IMG/VR virus record: IMGVR_UViG_3300031652_000001
Source: a virus
Length of the DNA: 64,000 bases
Direction: 5' to 3' (one strand)
Shown: piece after piece, positions 27,603-37,407 of the stretch
Numbering within the stretch: the first letter of the stretch is position 1
How the letters are laid out: each line of letters starts with the position of its first letter
Program-made: the position numbers and the translations under genes
The notes under the pieces: model-generated
Database searches by the model: none
Seen by the model: only the letters and a program-made list of their open reading frames with translations
Told to the model about the DNA's origin: nothing

Positions 27603-30139
27603 CAGAAAATCTCATCGCTATAATCCCCACCATCGACTGTCGCACCCGGTATACCATCATAATTATCAGTGTATTTCTTATCAACATCATCAGACGTGGC
27701 GTCCTGACGGAAATCCATCGTGTCAAAATCCCACTTCACAAAAAACTCGTTTCCCTTGCCCTCTCTCAACTTCAGTGGACGATACCCCATCACCAAGTCC
27801 TCTTTCATATCGTCCGTTTGGAACTGCCCATACATAACATCAGCATTCCAACCTATGACGTCAGAGATACCGATGTTCTCAGCAGAAATACCTGTTCTGG
27901 TATTACTAGAAACTTCACGATTGAATTGTGTCGTGGCAATAACCGGTACTTGTAATCTCTTAGCCATACGTTTTAGATCATCTGCGGTATTCGATACTCT
28001 TGTATGCCGGTCATGTCCTTTGTTTTTTACCAAGTAAATCCCATCGACAAAAACAATATCAGGACGTGTTTGCTCTACAGCTGAAATTATAACATTGATG
28101 TCGGCGTCAAAATCATCACCAACCACGTTCAAACCTTTGTCTCCAGAAATCATCTCGATAGCAGACTGAGCACGCTCCTCCATATTTGTAACCAAACGAC
28201 CACGACGGAAATCTCTATATGGTAATTTCAGATGTATCGAATAAAACCTCATCGCGAGATTCAACCGATTCATCTCAGTTCCAACAAACAAGACCTTGTG
28301 ACCATCGACCCATGCTTGTCTCGCAAGTAATAAAAGAGTGAATGTATTATGGGCCACCAGACCATCAGCAATAAAACAGTGTGTCCCTGGAACAGTTAGG
28401 TCATACACCTCCCTGGTGCCAACTGGCTCAACAGAGATCACTTCATCCCAATGGGGAAGACACAGATCCAAAAGGTCCATTCTGCCATATACATCAGCGA
28501 TGGCTCCCAGCATCCGCTTGCTGATAGTGTCGTATTGAAACACGTTTCTACGACTAAACCATGACTTCCACCCAAGCCTTCTACCTACTTCCGATATTTT
28601 CACACACGACTCATTAAAAATGCTCTCCAGCTTCTCTCTTAACCAATCAGTCATGGGCACAGCATCAACATTCCTGTTCACCCCAGTCCTCATCCTGCTT
28701 AACCGGTCCCGCTTTTCACCAAACATCTCAATCGAACTCTGAAAGTTAAAAATACAAGACGAATGAACAAGCAATTCCCACGAATCAAATCCGCCGTTCA
28801 CCTTTTTCCTGACACGACCTGTTACTCCAAAACGAAGCAATAACCTCTTCAGCTGTCGAACCATTACTTCAGATCCAAGTCCAACAGAAAGCCTATTTCT
28901 TGACTCAACCGAACCGTCACAAGACCAAAACATCCCAATAAATTTTGACAAGAGCCTATTACTAAGAGAAAAAACAAAATCAGGAATTACCTTATCGATA
29001 GACTTCTCATATCCAACTCCAACACTATCAAGCAAATCCCTTACCGGATTACAAAGACTATGCGTGCGCTCATGTTCATCCTCTAATGTTATCGCCCACG
29101 TCGATTCATTCATGCCCTTATGCTTATGCAAAATACACCCATGCCGCCCAACTGATCGTCTTACCGCAGCCAAAATATCTGGATCCGCGTTAGAAAACTT
29201 AGGAGGATTCGTTGTCAGACCACCCTCTGCTAAAAGTGCAGCAACCAATATAACATCATCCTCATTTATCTCGTCATTGATCTTCTTGGGCTCAGGCATC
29301 CACTTTACAGACTCCACAAAATCTCCTGGCCTAAGCTCTTCCGCCTTCGACCACCCACCAACAACTGAAAATGGATGCTCTGGTGTTGCCACCACTTCAT
29401 ACCCACTTCGAGTAATGACCCTCAAACACTCCTTCCTGCCAGTACATAAATGCGCACTAGGAGTCACATCCTCTACCACCCCATACCGCCCCCTCGTCAA
29501 AACACGCCCCCTCGCTTTGACAATATCTTCAATAGTTCGATACACCCCTGTGTCTGGATCTGGAATCAACGTCCCCTTCTCGACACATTTACCCACGCCC
29601 ATACGTGCAGCAAAAACGACAAAATCCCCCGGCCACCAACCGAGAGTCGCATCGTTCATCTCAGCCCAAGGTGTCAGAATACCTCTCTCTCCGTTTTTCA
29701 ACCGATTATAAAACGCCATCACATCAGGACCAAGAGCAAGCAAGCTCCCGATTTTCTGTCCAGCAACGTCCGATTTATAAATATCGACAAGGTATTCATT
29801 CACAAGGGGTAAAAGAGCTTCCATGTTTGAACGATCATCGAGGATGTCGCCCATCTTCTCATGCATGGCAACAGAACGTTCCCATAATGACCTATTCTTT
29901 ATTTCCGAAATAAGACTCTTTATACCGTCAGCACTCTCAGGAAGAGAAATACCTATTTTTGCATAAGTCAGATCCTCACTCGGAACCTCACCGTTTTCTG
30001 AATAATGATTACAAACAAAATCCCAGCATTTTACCCCGTCACCCTTGAGCATCTCACCAGTAATGCCATAATGTCTGGCCTGGTTGAACGCACCTTCTTG
30101 CGATAAAATTGCCTTCATGAAAGCAAGATCAAGATCCAT
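27602..30139 (-). CDS. dnaB: DnaB-like replicative helicase containing an intein
   Basis: AARMGVGK/T Walker A, GTEM, FVDGIYL, TQFNRE, WNAD, KLREG. Confidence 0.93.
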   Translation of the reverse strand: MDLDLAFMKAILSQEGAFNQARHYGITGEMLKGDGVKCWDFVCNHYSENGEVPSEDLTYAKIGISLPESADGIKSLISEIKNRSLWERSVAMHEKMGDILDDRSNMEALLPLVNEYLVDIYKSDVAGQKIGSLLALGPDVMAFYNRLKNGERGILTPWAEMNDATLGWWPGDFVVFAARMGVGKCVEKGTLIPDPDTGVYRTIEDIVKARGRVLTRGRYGVVEDVTPSAHLCTGRKECLRVITRSGYEVVATPEHPFSVVGGWSKAEELRPGDFVESVKWMPEPKKINDEINEDDVILVAALLAEGGLTTNPPKFSNADPDILAAVRRSVGRHGCILHKHKGMNESTWAITLEDEHERTHSLCNPVRDLLDSVGVGYEKSIDKVIPDFVFSLSNRLLSKFIGMFWSCDGSVESRNRLSVGLGSEVMVRQLKRLLLRFGVTGRVRKKVNGGFDSWELLVHSSCIFNFQSSIEMFGEKRDRLSRMRTGVNRNVDAVPMTDWLREKLESIFNESCVKISEVGRRLGWKSWFSRRNVFQYDTISKRMLGAIADVYGRMDLLDLCLPHWDEVISVEPVGTREVYDLTVPGTHCFIADGLVAHNTFTLLLLARQAWVDGHKVLFVGTEMNRLNLAMRFYSIHLKLPYRDFRRGRLVTNMEERAQSAIEMISGDKGLNVVGDDFDADINVIISAVEQTRPDIVFVDGIYLVKNKGHDRHTRVSNTADDLKRMAKRLQVPVIATTQFNREVSSNTRTGISAENIGISDVIGWNADVMYGQFQTDDMKEDLVMGYRPLKLREGKGNEFFVKWDFDTMDFRQDATSDDVDKKYTDNYDGIPGATVDGGDYSDEIF
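28346..29587 (-). mobile_element. 414-aa intein with LAGLIDADG homing endonuclease in the DnaB P-loop
   Basis: GK|CVEKGT start, TPEHPF block B, LLAEGG and WSCDGS, VYDLTV..THCFIADGLVAHN|T end. Confidence 0.95.
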
Positions 30140-30162
30140 TCCCCATTCTCCAAAACAGGCAG

Positions 30163-30837
30163 TTAATTCCCTTCAAAAAAGTTCTTTACTGCCTCGTTTG
30201 TTCTTTTTACACAGGATGCTGTCAACATTGGAGACTTCTCCCGGATACTCTCACGAAAAGCCTTACCATAGAGCTTCTCTATCATATCAATAGTCAAATT
30301 CGAGGTAATAATCGTCGATTTACTCGACGATGCTCTCTCCTTCATAAGAGCAACAAACATCGCCGCAGAAGCATCCTTCTCACTCATAATATTGACAGCC
30401 TCTTTGCCTAAATCATCAATCACAAGGAGATCTACCTCGGCAGAACGTCTCTCAACAGTCAGAGTATCATCATACATTACACCCCTAAAAACGTCACGAA
30501 GGTACTCTGGAGCCGTCAAATACAAACCAGTACCTCCAAGCCTCCTCGCTTGTTTAAGGCAAAGAATAGCTATACTGGTTTTACCAGAACCATATTCACC
30601 ATTGATGACCATACCAATACCCTGACTCAACGCACCTGCGATATTGACAAGATATTTCGTAACAATATCCCTGGTCTCATCAGGACCAACACCTTCCAAG
30701 GTCACACGCCAATAATCCTCAGGAATGTTCATCCTCCTGAGCATACCGGCCGTCAACTTACGAGGAGGACCGGACCTGAGAAGACTATAGGAAGGTAAGA
30801 CCTCCCTTCCTTTCTGTCTCTGTTGCTCGTGTTTCAT
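30163..30837 (-). CDS. DnaC/IstB-like AAA+ helicase loader
   Basis: GEYGSGKT, DLLVIDDLGKE, TIITSNL; lies between initiator and DnaB. Confidence 0.88.
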   Translation of the reverse strand: MKHEQQRQKGREVLPSYSLLRSGPPRKLTAGMLRRMNIPEDYWRVTLEGVGPDETRDIVTKYLVNIAGALSQGIGMVINGEYGSGKTSIAILCLKQARRLGGTGLYLTAPEYLRDVFRGVMYDDTLTVERRSAEVDLLVIDDLGKEAVNIMSEKDASAAMFVALMKERASSSKSTIITSNLTIDMIEKLYGKAFRESIREKSPMLTASCVKRTNEAVKNFFEGN

Positions 30838-31966
30838 CCCAATCCCTCATCTTCCTGGCTTGCTCTCTTCCTCCTGGTCCACCCGCCTTCTTACCACTCC
30901 ACAGCTCAGGAAACCATGTATATCCATAACCTGCAACTAATTGCACAGAAGGGTAGTTTTTTATACCGAATTTTTCAACAAAATCATCCCATTTCCTTAT
31001 TGTCTCAATAAAAGCCCAAAATACCTTTCCTCTTGGAACTCCATCATCCTCAAAATTCTGAACAGCATGTTTCACAATGCCGTATTGCTTACCTGTCCAT
31101 GGTGGGGAAACTCCGGGTACCTTCGGAAAAGCTTCTCTAACAACAAGCCGCCACTCCTCCTCAAGATCCTTGTAGGTATACTCATCACATTTATCAAAAA
31201 GATTTTCAATCGATTCATCTGGGAAATCTGGCTTCTTTCCTTTTTTCTTTTTCGGAGGACCATTATTTAAATCCTTCCGTCGCTGAATTCTCCGCTCTGT
31301 TGCTTTTTTTGACTTCTCCTGTTTCTCTTTGCTAGCTGCAAGAGCATCCTCGAAAGTCCTATTTTTCCTAGTAATGACAGGAACCTCTTGAGCAGGAGGC
31401 AAACCAGAAGAAGCCGGAAGAGTCATATCTACATCTGCATATTCATATTCATTAGAACCATCTTCGACACCATCATCTAGATCAGGACCATTATCAACAT
31501 CCGGATTTTCATCACTGAACTCACCAGAAAAAAAATCTCTTCCTCGAACAATCCATTCAACAATCTTGTCTTCACCAGCAGTCAAAAAAGCATCCAGTGC
31601 TTCATCCTTGATGACATTACAATTTTTACCATGACCATATACTTCACGAAATCTCCCAAGATCATAAGTGTTGGTTTTTGTCGGCCTCCTGATTCGAACA
31701 ATCAGTCCCTTCTTTTCAAGAGCATCCATATTTCTCTGAACCGTCCGCTCAGTGGATCTAGTTGCCCTCGCCAAACGCTCGACTCCTGGCCAACACATAG
31801 ACTTGTTACGAGAAAAACGAAGAAGGATGCAGTAGAGAATTTTTTGGCTTGCCGTCAATTCCGGATCAAACAGGACAAGCAACGACAATTGGACAAAACC
31901 AACACCTGACAATTCATCTGAATTGCCTATTACCCCCATATTAGGGGTAGATTGCATAGTGCTCAT
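30785..31966 (-). CDS. phage replication initiator (N-terminal winged HTH)
   Basis: LT...KILY..L.......CWPG..RLA....ERTVQR....LEKKGLI...TNTY; first gene of the initiator-loader-helicase-primase block. Confidence 0.8.
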   Translation of the reverse strand: MSTMQSTPNMGVIGNSDELSGVGFVQLSLLVLFDPELTASQKILYCILLRFSRNKSMCWPGVERLARATRSTERTVQRNMDALEKKGLIVRIRRPTKTNTYDLGRFREVYGHGKNCNVIKDEALDAFLTAGEDKIVEWIVRGRDFFSGEFSDENPDVDNGPDLDDGVEDGSNEYEYADVDMTLPASSGLPPAQEVPVITRKNRTFEDALAASKEKQEKSKKATERRIQRRKDLNNGPPKKKKGKKPDFPDESIENLFDKCDEYTYKDLEEEWRLVVREAFPKVPGVSPPWTGKQYGIVKHAVQNFEDDGVPRGKVFWAFIETIRKWDDFVEKFGIKNYPSVQLVAGYGYTWFPELWSGKKAGGPGGREQARKMRDWDETRATETERKGGLTFL

Positions 31967-32002
31967 ATTTTCTCTCCAAAAACCAAAACAGGACAATGAA
32001 AA

Positions 32003-32032
32003 GTATTACCATATCGCCTTCATATCGGTCAA
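32003..32032 (-). promoter_or_regulatory. sigma70-like promoter for the replication operon
   Basis: TTGACC...TGG-TAATAC with a GATATG direct repeat in the spacer. Confidence 0.45.
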
Positions 32033-32078
32033 GCGTTTTGCAGTACAGCAATTATATTTTTAATGATTAAGGAAATAA

Positions 32079-32954
32079 TTAAAGGATGTGTTGTGAACTT
32101 ATTTTCGCCAATAGTTTTTTTGAACGATTACTGTCTATCGAAACAAGATGTTTATTAACCCTTTTCCAGTACCTCTCACTCCACGCCCGTTCGCCGGTGT
32201 GATGATGAACAAAATAGGCATCCTCGGTATCCAATAAGACACGCCGTCCTCGCTTCCGAATATAGTGGCGATGTGATCTACACTTCTTCTTGTACAGGGC
32301 AAGATCTTCAACCAACATCTGGATACTCACCTCTGCATGCATCAACGTTTTCAGCGAGACGCCAACAGACTCACCATCCGGCATAACCACTTTCCGAGAT
32401 CTCGTTTGAGACCCTGGCCATCGAAACTGACTTGCTCCCAAATCCCAACCATAAATCCCTCTGAAATTCGAATTTATTTTCGACATATTCCTATCAAGAC
32501 AATCAAGATCTACAGACTTACCTCTCTTCCTACATGCCCTGTAAGCGTACTTGTTCGCACTACTCCATTCCCGAAGTTTTCTTTCTATAGCAACCTTCGT
32601 TACCTTCTCTCCGGACCGACCAAAAATTTCACCGATCTCCTTCCGACCTATCGCACATTCATTATTTGACGATTCTCGATAAAGAATCGCAACAACATGA
32701 TCTGGATTGATGTCTTCAGTATATCGCCTACGAACATCAAGAATTGAAGACGCTATATACCCAGCATACTCTTCTGCTCTATTTTGAGCCTTTTTACCCC
32801 TCAAGTTCCTACCGCATTCACTCCAGACGATATACGATTTTCCAGGACCTTGTTGGGTATGTAAACCAAGTATTGCATCAGACACTCCATCTGTATCAAC
32901 CGAACTGTCGGCCGATGAAATAAGAAAAAAAGAAAAGAGTAAAAAGAATCTCAT
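32079..32954 (-). CDS. secreted lytic transglycosylase (SLT-like)
   Basis: Signal peptide MRFFLLFSFFLISSA; VAILYRESS catalytic Glu; DLGASQ. Confidence 0.65.
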   Translation of the reverse strand: MRFFLLFSFFLISSADSSVDTDGVSDAILGLHTQQGPGKSYIVWSECGRNLRGKKAQNRAEEYAGYIASSILDVRRRYTEDINPDHVVAILYRESSNNECAIGRKEIGEIFGRSGEKVTKVAIERKLREWSSANKYAYRACRKRGKSVDLDCLDRNMSKINSNFRGIYGWDLGASQFRWPGSQTRSRKVVMPDGESVGVSLKTLMHAEVSIQMLVEDLALYKKKCRSHRHYIRKRGRRVLLDTEDAYFVHHHTGERAWSERYWKRVNKHLVSIDSNRSKKLLAKISSQHIL

Positions 32955-32958
32955 TTAC

Positions 32959-33300
32959 TCAACCTCCGTTTCTACCCCGTTTTAATCTGGCTTCAGCCTT
33001 CGATATGGCCTCTTGTTGCTCATCAAAAATAGTCGTTGCCCTCGATTGGGCCTGAGTCAAACACGTAAGACAATAATAAATTATCAGCTTTCGTCCTCCT
33101 TTTTTTCCAGGAGTGAAATTTAAAACAACTGATTCCATCCTACCCAATTCATGCAATCTCTTGCAGCGTCCAGCACATCGAATAAGGGTCTTGCGCCTGG
33201 CAGAAGCGCAATCAGGACATATACCCTTCCTGTCTGGACCCCACGTATTGAGATCTTTTCCACAGAGCCTACACGGCCTGCGGCGATCTTTCTTGTCCAT
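32959..33300 (-). CDS. double Zn-finger protein
   Basis: CRLC, CPDC, CAGRC, CLTC. Confidence 0.7.
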   Translation of the reverse strand: MDKKDRRRPCRLCGKDLNTWGPDRKGICPDCASARRKTLIRCAGRCKRLHELGRMESVVLNFTPGKKGGRKLIIYYCLTCLTQAQSRATTIFDEQQEAISKAEARLKRGRNGG

Positions 33301-33480
33301 CTAATCCGTCAGTAGTATCCGACCACCCTTGCGGTCCTCAAAATCTGCCACCCGCCGTTCCAGTACTTGCTCGCTACATGTTTCACACACATAGTTCGCC
33401 ACGCCATCTTGTGTGAGAAAACCCTTCGTAACTTGCACCATCTTTCCACATTTTGTACATCTAACTTGTTCATAATCCAT
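33301..33480 (-). CDS. small Zn-finger protein (59 aa)
   Basis: Own translation MDYEQVRCTKCGK...VCETC...; below the track cutoff, fills the gap exactly. Confidence 0.7.
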   Translation of the reverse strand: MDYEQVRCTKCGKMVQVTKGFLTQDGVANYVCETCSEQVLERRVADFEDRKGGRILLTD

Positions 33481-33727
33481 CTTTATTCTCCTTGTCGGGT
33501 TTAGCCAAAGTATCTACTTTTACCCAACCATCCTTACTATTTTTTGATAAAATTTTCCTAATTTCGCCATCTGTCAAATAAATCAACGGAACACCAGGTG
33601 TATCCAAAGACACCAAAATACCATCATCAGGAGCATAAACACCAAAACACCCACCCTTTACTGACCTATTGAGCCTCTCCCCCTTCTCCACCCTCTTTAC
33701 TATTGTCGCTATGTATTGATCCGACAT
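33470..33727 (-). CDS. hypothetical protein
   Basis: GGAGG RBS before MSDQY. Confidence 0.65.
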   Translation of the reverse strand: MSDQYIATIVKRVEKGERLNRSVKGGCFGVYAPDDGILVSLDTPGVPLIYLTDGEIRKILSKNSKDGWVKVDTLAKPDKENKDGL

Positions 33728-34112
33728 ATTTTTCCTCCATACCTGCAACAATAACTGTCGCTCTCGAAAGTAACCCCTTCATGAACTGAATACCAGCTTT
33801 CGCAATGACAGTTGATGGTTCATTAGACCTCGCACCCGACAATTTTTCAAGCTCCCCTTCAAGGAATTTGACTCTCTCTTTCGCCTTTTTGCAACCAAGC
33901 TTTTTCATCCCGGCCTTTTCGAGAATCCTCTTCACTATAACCGGCCAATGGTATGAGCACGTATTACAGCTCTCGTCAGAACCAAAATAGGGACATGGTT
34001 TTCCGCCCTTCAAAACCTTAAATAACGGACAACCTTCCACTAAAAAAGAAGTCAGTTTCAGTGTTAGATTTCCATCTTCATCAATGTTTTTTTCAGTTTC
34101 TTTTTCCTTCAT
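33666..34112 (-). CDS. hypothetical Cys-containing protein
   Basis: CP...CP...CNTC followed by a coiled coil. Confidence 0.65.
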   Translation of the reverse strand: MKEKETEKNIDEDGNLTLKLTSFLVEGCPLFKVLKGGKPCPYFGSDESCNTCSYHWPVIVKRILEKAGMKKLGCKKAKERVKFLEGELEKLSGARSNEPSTVIAKAGIQFMKGLLSRATVIVAGMEEKYVGSIHSDNSKEGGEGGEAQ

Positions 34113-34707
34113 CGTAGACCACCTTTATCGTTACCTCAGTCACATAAACCTCGGTATCCAAAGTATCCCCTATATCAGAAATTATCCTCTCTGCCTCCTC
34201 ATCTGAAACGAACTCGATGAGATCCGCACCCTGCATAAGTTCATTCCATTTGTCAGATGAAAACGAACCACCAACAGTCGACCGACCAATTCTGAACGTA
34301 TCAACATAACCAAGCGATATGGCTCCCCATACTGTCTTATTTCGAAAAAACTCCTCAGCTCTTCTCGATAAAAAACCAACACTACACTGATCACCACCAG
34401 AATAACAAAGAAGCTCGACATGATCATCGCTTGCACGAATTGAAAATCTTCTATCACCTGTCCCTTTATAAAAATCAAAAACATCCCTGTCCGCAGATGA
34501 CACTCTGAGAACCAAAATATTTTCATCCCCAACCCGTTTCAAGGAAACACCAGAAACATCATCTCCTTCAAATTCAACTTGCCTCGGCACTCCAGAGAAA
34601 ACAATTTCACCAGATACAATCAAACCTTTCGAAAATCTACTCCTTGTCTTCTCCTGTCTGGTCTTCTTCTTGCTCGGCTTTCTCACCATCCCATCCTTCT
34701 TCGACAA
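34093..34707 (-). CDS. hypothetical protein
   Basis: 204-aa ORF tiled with neighbours. Confidence 0.65.
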   Translation of the reverse strand: MSKKDGMVRKPSKKKTRQEKTRSRFSKGLIVSGEIVFSGVPRQVEFEGDDVSGVSLKRVGDENILVLRVSSADRDVFDFYKGTGDRRFSIRASDDHVELLCYSGGDQCSVGFLSRRAEEFFRNKTVWGAISLGYVDTFRIGRSTVGGSFSSDKWNELMQGADLIEFVSDEEAERIISDIGDTLDTEVYVTEVTIKVVYDEGKRN

Positions 34708-35593
34708 GCCTCTTTGTCATGATCCTTGCCGACATGATCAGATCGGCAACATCCTCAGGACCGCCCGTTTCGCCCATTGCACTCCAGTTGAAAATGAACT
34801 CCGTAGCCATCCGCTTAATTGAGAGATTCGCATCCAATTTCTTTAACCAATTCGAATACAGAACGTACATATCCGTCTCAGAATAACGACCCTCATCCCC
34901 AGACATCCCAGTGACATCAAGCCAACTCGATATGCTTTGTTCTCGGAGACTGTCTGGTTTTGAACTCGGACATCCAACACATTTCGTATCGGTAAGTGTT
35001 GAATATTTCCAACCACAAATTTTACCGGCTACATCAAGCTCAGAAACCCTCATTATCGGATCTGATTTGCACTGTGTAAACCGATCATCTCCGAGCATAC
35101 AGGACCTATCACCACCCTTCGAAACATAGAATGGACACGCCCTCGGAGCATCTTCATCCTTGGTCATCGGAACAGGACGGACAAAACAAACCGGAACACC
35201 TGTTTTCTCATCGTATATTTTGAACAAAATCTCCTTTCGGTACAAATCCATGGTTGTCTTTACACCAAAGGCTTCAGCAATATCAGAATTCCTTAGTATC
35301 CTAAAAATATCACCAGGCTCAACACTGATAGGACGGTCGATACAACAGTTTCCGACACCATCACAATCCGCATATTCGATTACGTCATCAACAGAAAGAC
35401 CTTTCCCTGCCTCTACACCTTGATCTGTTACAGACGGAACATCAAGTTGGCCCTTCTTCGGTTTCGGCATATTCCGTCTACGCTTCAAATAGAAATTCAT
35501 CGTCTCTATGATCTGGCGCCGTTTTTCTTTCCTTCTCTGTTCCTTCTGCTCCTTCTTCTTCTTACTATTGGACATCTTTTTTTTCTTGTTCAT
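34637..35593 (-). CDS. YkgJ-family Cys-cluster (Fe-S/Zn) protein
   Basis: CDGVGNCC, CPFY, C......R..QC..DP; Lys-rich N-terminus. Confidence 0.7.
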   Translation of the reverse strand: MNKKKKMSNSKKKKEQKEQRRKEKRRQIIETMNFYLKRRRNMPKPKKGQLDVPSVTDQGVEAGKGLSVDDVIEYADCDGVGNCCIDRPISVEPGDIFRILRNSDIAEAFGVKTTMDLYRKEILFKIYDEKTGVPVCFVRPVPMTKDEDAPRACPFYVSKGGDRSCMLGDDRFTQCKSDPIMRVSELDVAGKICGWKYSTLTDTKCVGCPSSKPDSLREQSISSWLDVTGMSGDEGRYSETDMYVLYSNWLKKLDANLSIKRMATEFIFNWSAMGETGGPEDVADLIMSARIMTKRLVEEGWDGEKAEQEEDQTGEDKE

Positions 35594-35609
35594 CCTATCC
35601 TCCGGAACA

Positions 35610-35882
35610 CTATCTACAAGATTTCATCTTCCCAAGCTCTTTGAGTATACCCTCCAGAGCGCGAGCCTGGCGCCCCTCTGCCTTCTCTATGCCCTCTATC
35701 GCCCTAATCACCTTAAGGCGGTCAGTATCCGACTGTGATGGCGACTGAGCCCCTTCAGCATCGCCACCAGAAAACAGATAAAGAACAACCAACACGAGAG
35801 CAACAATAAGCCAGTACCACACCGGAGGTCTGACTTTACTCCAACTATTCGACCGCATCATCTTCTCAGAATATGGAAGCAT
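35610..35882 (-). CDS. single-pass membrane protein
   Basis: WYWLIVALVLVVLYLF TM followed by a coiled coil. Confidence 0.65.
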   Translation of the reverse strand: MLPYSEKMMRSNSWSKVRPPVWYWLIVALVLVVLYLFSGGDAEGAQSPSQSDTDRLKVIRAIEGIEKAEGRQARALEGILKELGKMKSCR

Positions 35883-35883
35883 C

Positions 35884-36354
35884 TCACTCCATCCTTTGGC
35901 AAAGGAACGGATGGTTAAAACCACTCCTCCACAAAATCATCCCAAGCCCACCTTTTTTACACACATTATCAAAAGCCGGTATTAAACCCCTCTGAACAGC
36001 AACCGGCCGACAAAAAGAAAAAACACTATCAACCTGACCAATTATCTGGTCAATAGCATCACTCCTCAGAGACCACGGCTTCCCCTTGAATGACACTTTT
36101 CCAAATTTTATAACATCTATTAAGAATACTTTTTTACCCTTTATCGAACCAATAATACTGGCTCTAACCTGAGAAACGATCTTTCTGTTCGGAACATCAA
36201 TCTCGACACCACTCAGAGTCTCCCATGATGTACCAGTTTCCGTCATAGATATGACACATAACTGGTTTCCCTCTATCAAATATCCAACACTGTTGGCACG
36301 CTCAAACGATGGAAGGTTCCTTCGCGATATTGTCCTGAAATAATATTTTGGCAT
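35884..36354 (-). CDS. hypothetical protein
   Basis: 156 aa, GGAGA RBS within a predicted stem. Confidence 0.7.
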   Translation of the reverse strand: MPKYYFRTISRRNLPSFERANSVGYLIEGNQLCVISMTETGTSWETLSGVEIDVPNRKIVSQVRASIIGSIKGKKVFLIDVIKFGKVSFKGKPWSLRSDAIDQIIGQVDSVFSFCRPVAVQRGLIPAFDNVCKKGGLGMILWRSGFNHPFLCQRME

Positions 36355-36358
36355 TATA

Positions 36359-36484
36359 ATTCTCCAAAAAAATAAAGATTCCGCCCCCTAACCGCCTCGG
36401 TCGAGGCGGCCAGGAGACGATTTTTGGAGAAATGGGGGGGTGTCCTGTTGAAAACATAATGCAATATTCTGGATAAGAATGCAA
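36359..36484 (-). ncRNA. putative structured leader or small RNA with its own promoter
   Basis: TTGCAT-N17-CATTAT; C-rich 5' end; 17-bp stem (36382-36419) with four G-U pairs; outer TTCTCCAAAAA/TTTTTGGAGAA stem. Confidence 0.6.
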
Positions 36485-36513
36485 CAAATTTCACCCCTAA
36501 TTCAAAAAAAATT

Positions 36514-37263
36514 TCAGATTTCCACGTTTTTCTCCTGGTCATCATCCTCACCATCCTCATCATCCGTGTCCTCTACTACATCAGAGTAAGAATTCATCAC
36601 TATTGTCATAATCCTACAAGCATCATCCGCCGTCAACTCAGTCGTTGCACCACCTATCTGTTTTGACAGCGAAGCAAATTCCATATACGCAACAGCCATC
36701 GCAATAATGATCCCCTCCTCCGATGAGGACTCACCAATACAAAGTTGTAATCCAAATGTTGTGCCAACACTGGCAATGAATCCACCAGAACACTTCTCAA
36801 CTGCCTTCAGGTGAATAAAGAGACGATGATTATCATCTGTAGACCGACTAATATCCATGAAATCATTCGAAACGAAAAAACACCGGTGAACCCTGTCGTT
36901 CTGAACATATCCCCGCCACAATACCCTCCTGGTGGTCCCAACCGTTGTCTTCTCCTCTACCTTCCAGAAGAATGGTCGAACACCCCATCGACCACGCTCA
37001 ACGAGGTCGACAACAGCTTCTGCCATGCTTACCCTAACCCTTCCATTGCTGACATAATCGACAACAGCCTGTATTTCACCAAGCCGTGATCTCATATCGC
37101 CTTCATCCTGTGCACCACGTATATATGTTTCAGCGGCGACGTTTATCTTATCCAAAACAACCTGTCGCCTTGTCATCCTTAAACGCCGCTTCTGAATTTC
37201 CTCATCCCGGAACTTCTTTTTTGCCTCCGAGATAATCCCCTCAATAATTGATCCGTTTGACAT
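36514..37263 (-). CDS. hypothetical protein
   Basis: 249 aa, acidic tail, downstream of promoter element B. Confidence 0.75.
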   Translation of the reverse strand: MSNGSIIEGIISEAKKKFRDEEIQKRRLRMTRRQVVLDKINVAAETYIRGAQDEGDMRSRLGEIQAVVDYVSNGRVRVSMAEAVVDLVERGRWGVRPFFWKVEEKTTVGTTRRVLWRGYVQNDRVHRCFFVSNDFMDISRSTDDNHRLFIHLKAVEKCSGGFIASVGTTFGLQLCIGESSSEEGIIIAMAVAYMEFASLSKQIGGATTELTADDACRIMTIVMNSYSDVVEDTDDEDGEDDDQEKNVEI

Positions 37264-37325
37264 TTTTCCATCCCTCTAAACCAGTGTGAAAACAATTTCA
37301 GTTTTACCAGGTAAACATTCTCCAT

Positions 37326-37383
37326 CTTCAGGCAACTTGCCTGGCATCTATATATATTGTACTTATCCAGTATATAAAGTCAA
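37326..37383 (-). promoter_or_regulatory. promoter plus leader hairpin element, copy B
   Basis: TTGACT-N16-TACAAT then AGATGC-CAGGC-AAGTT-GCCTG-AAG. Confidence 0.85.
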
Positions 37384-37407
37384 TAAACCCGGGGCTTCTT
37401 TCCGGAT

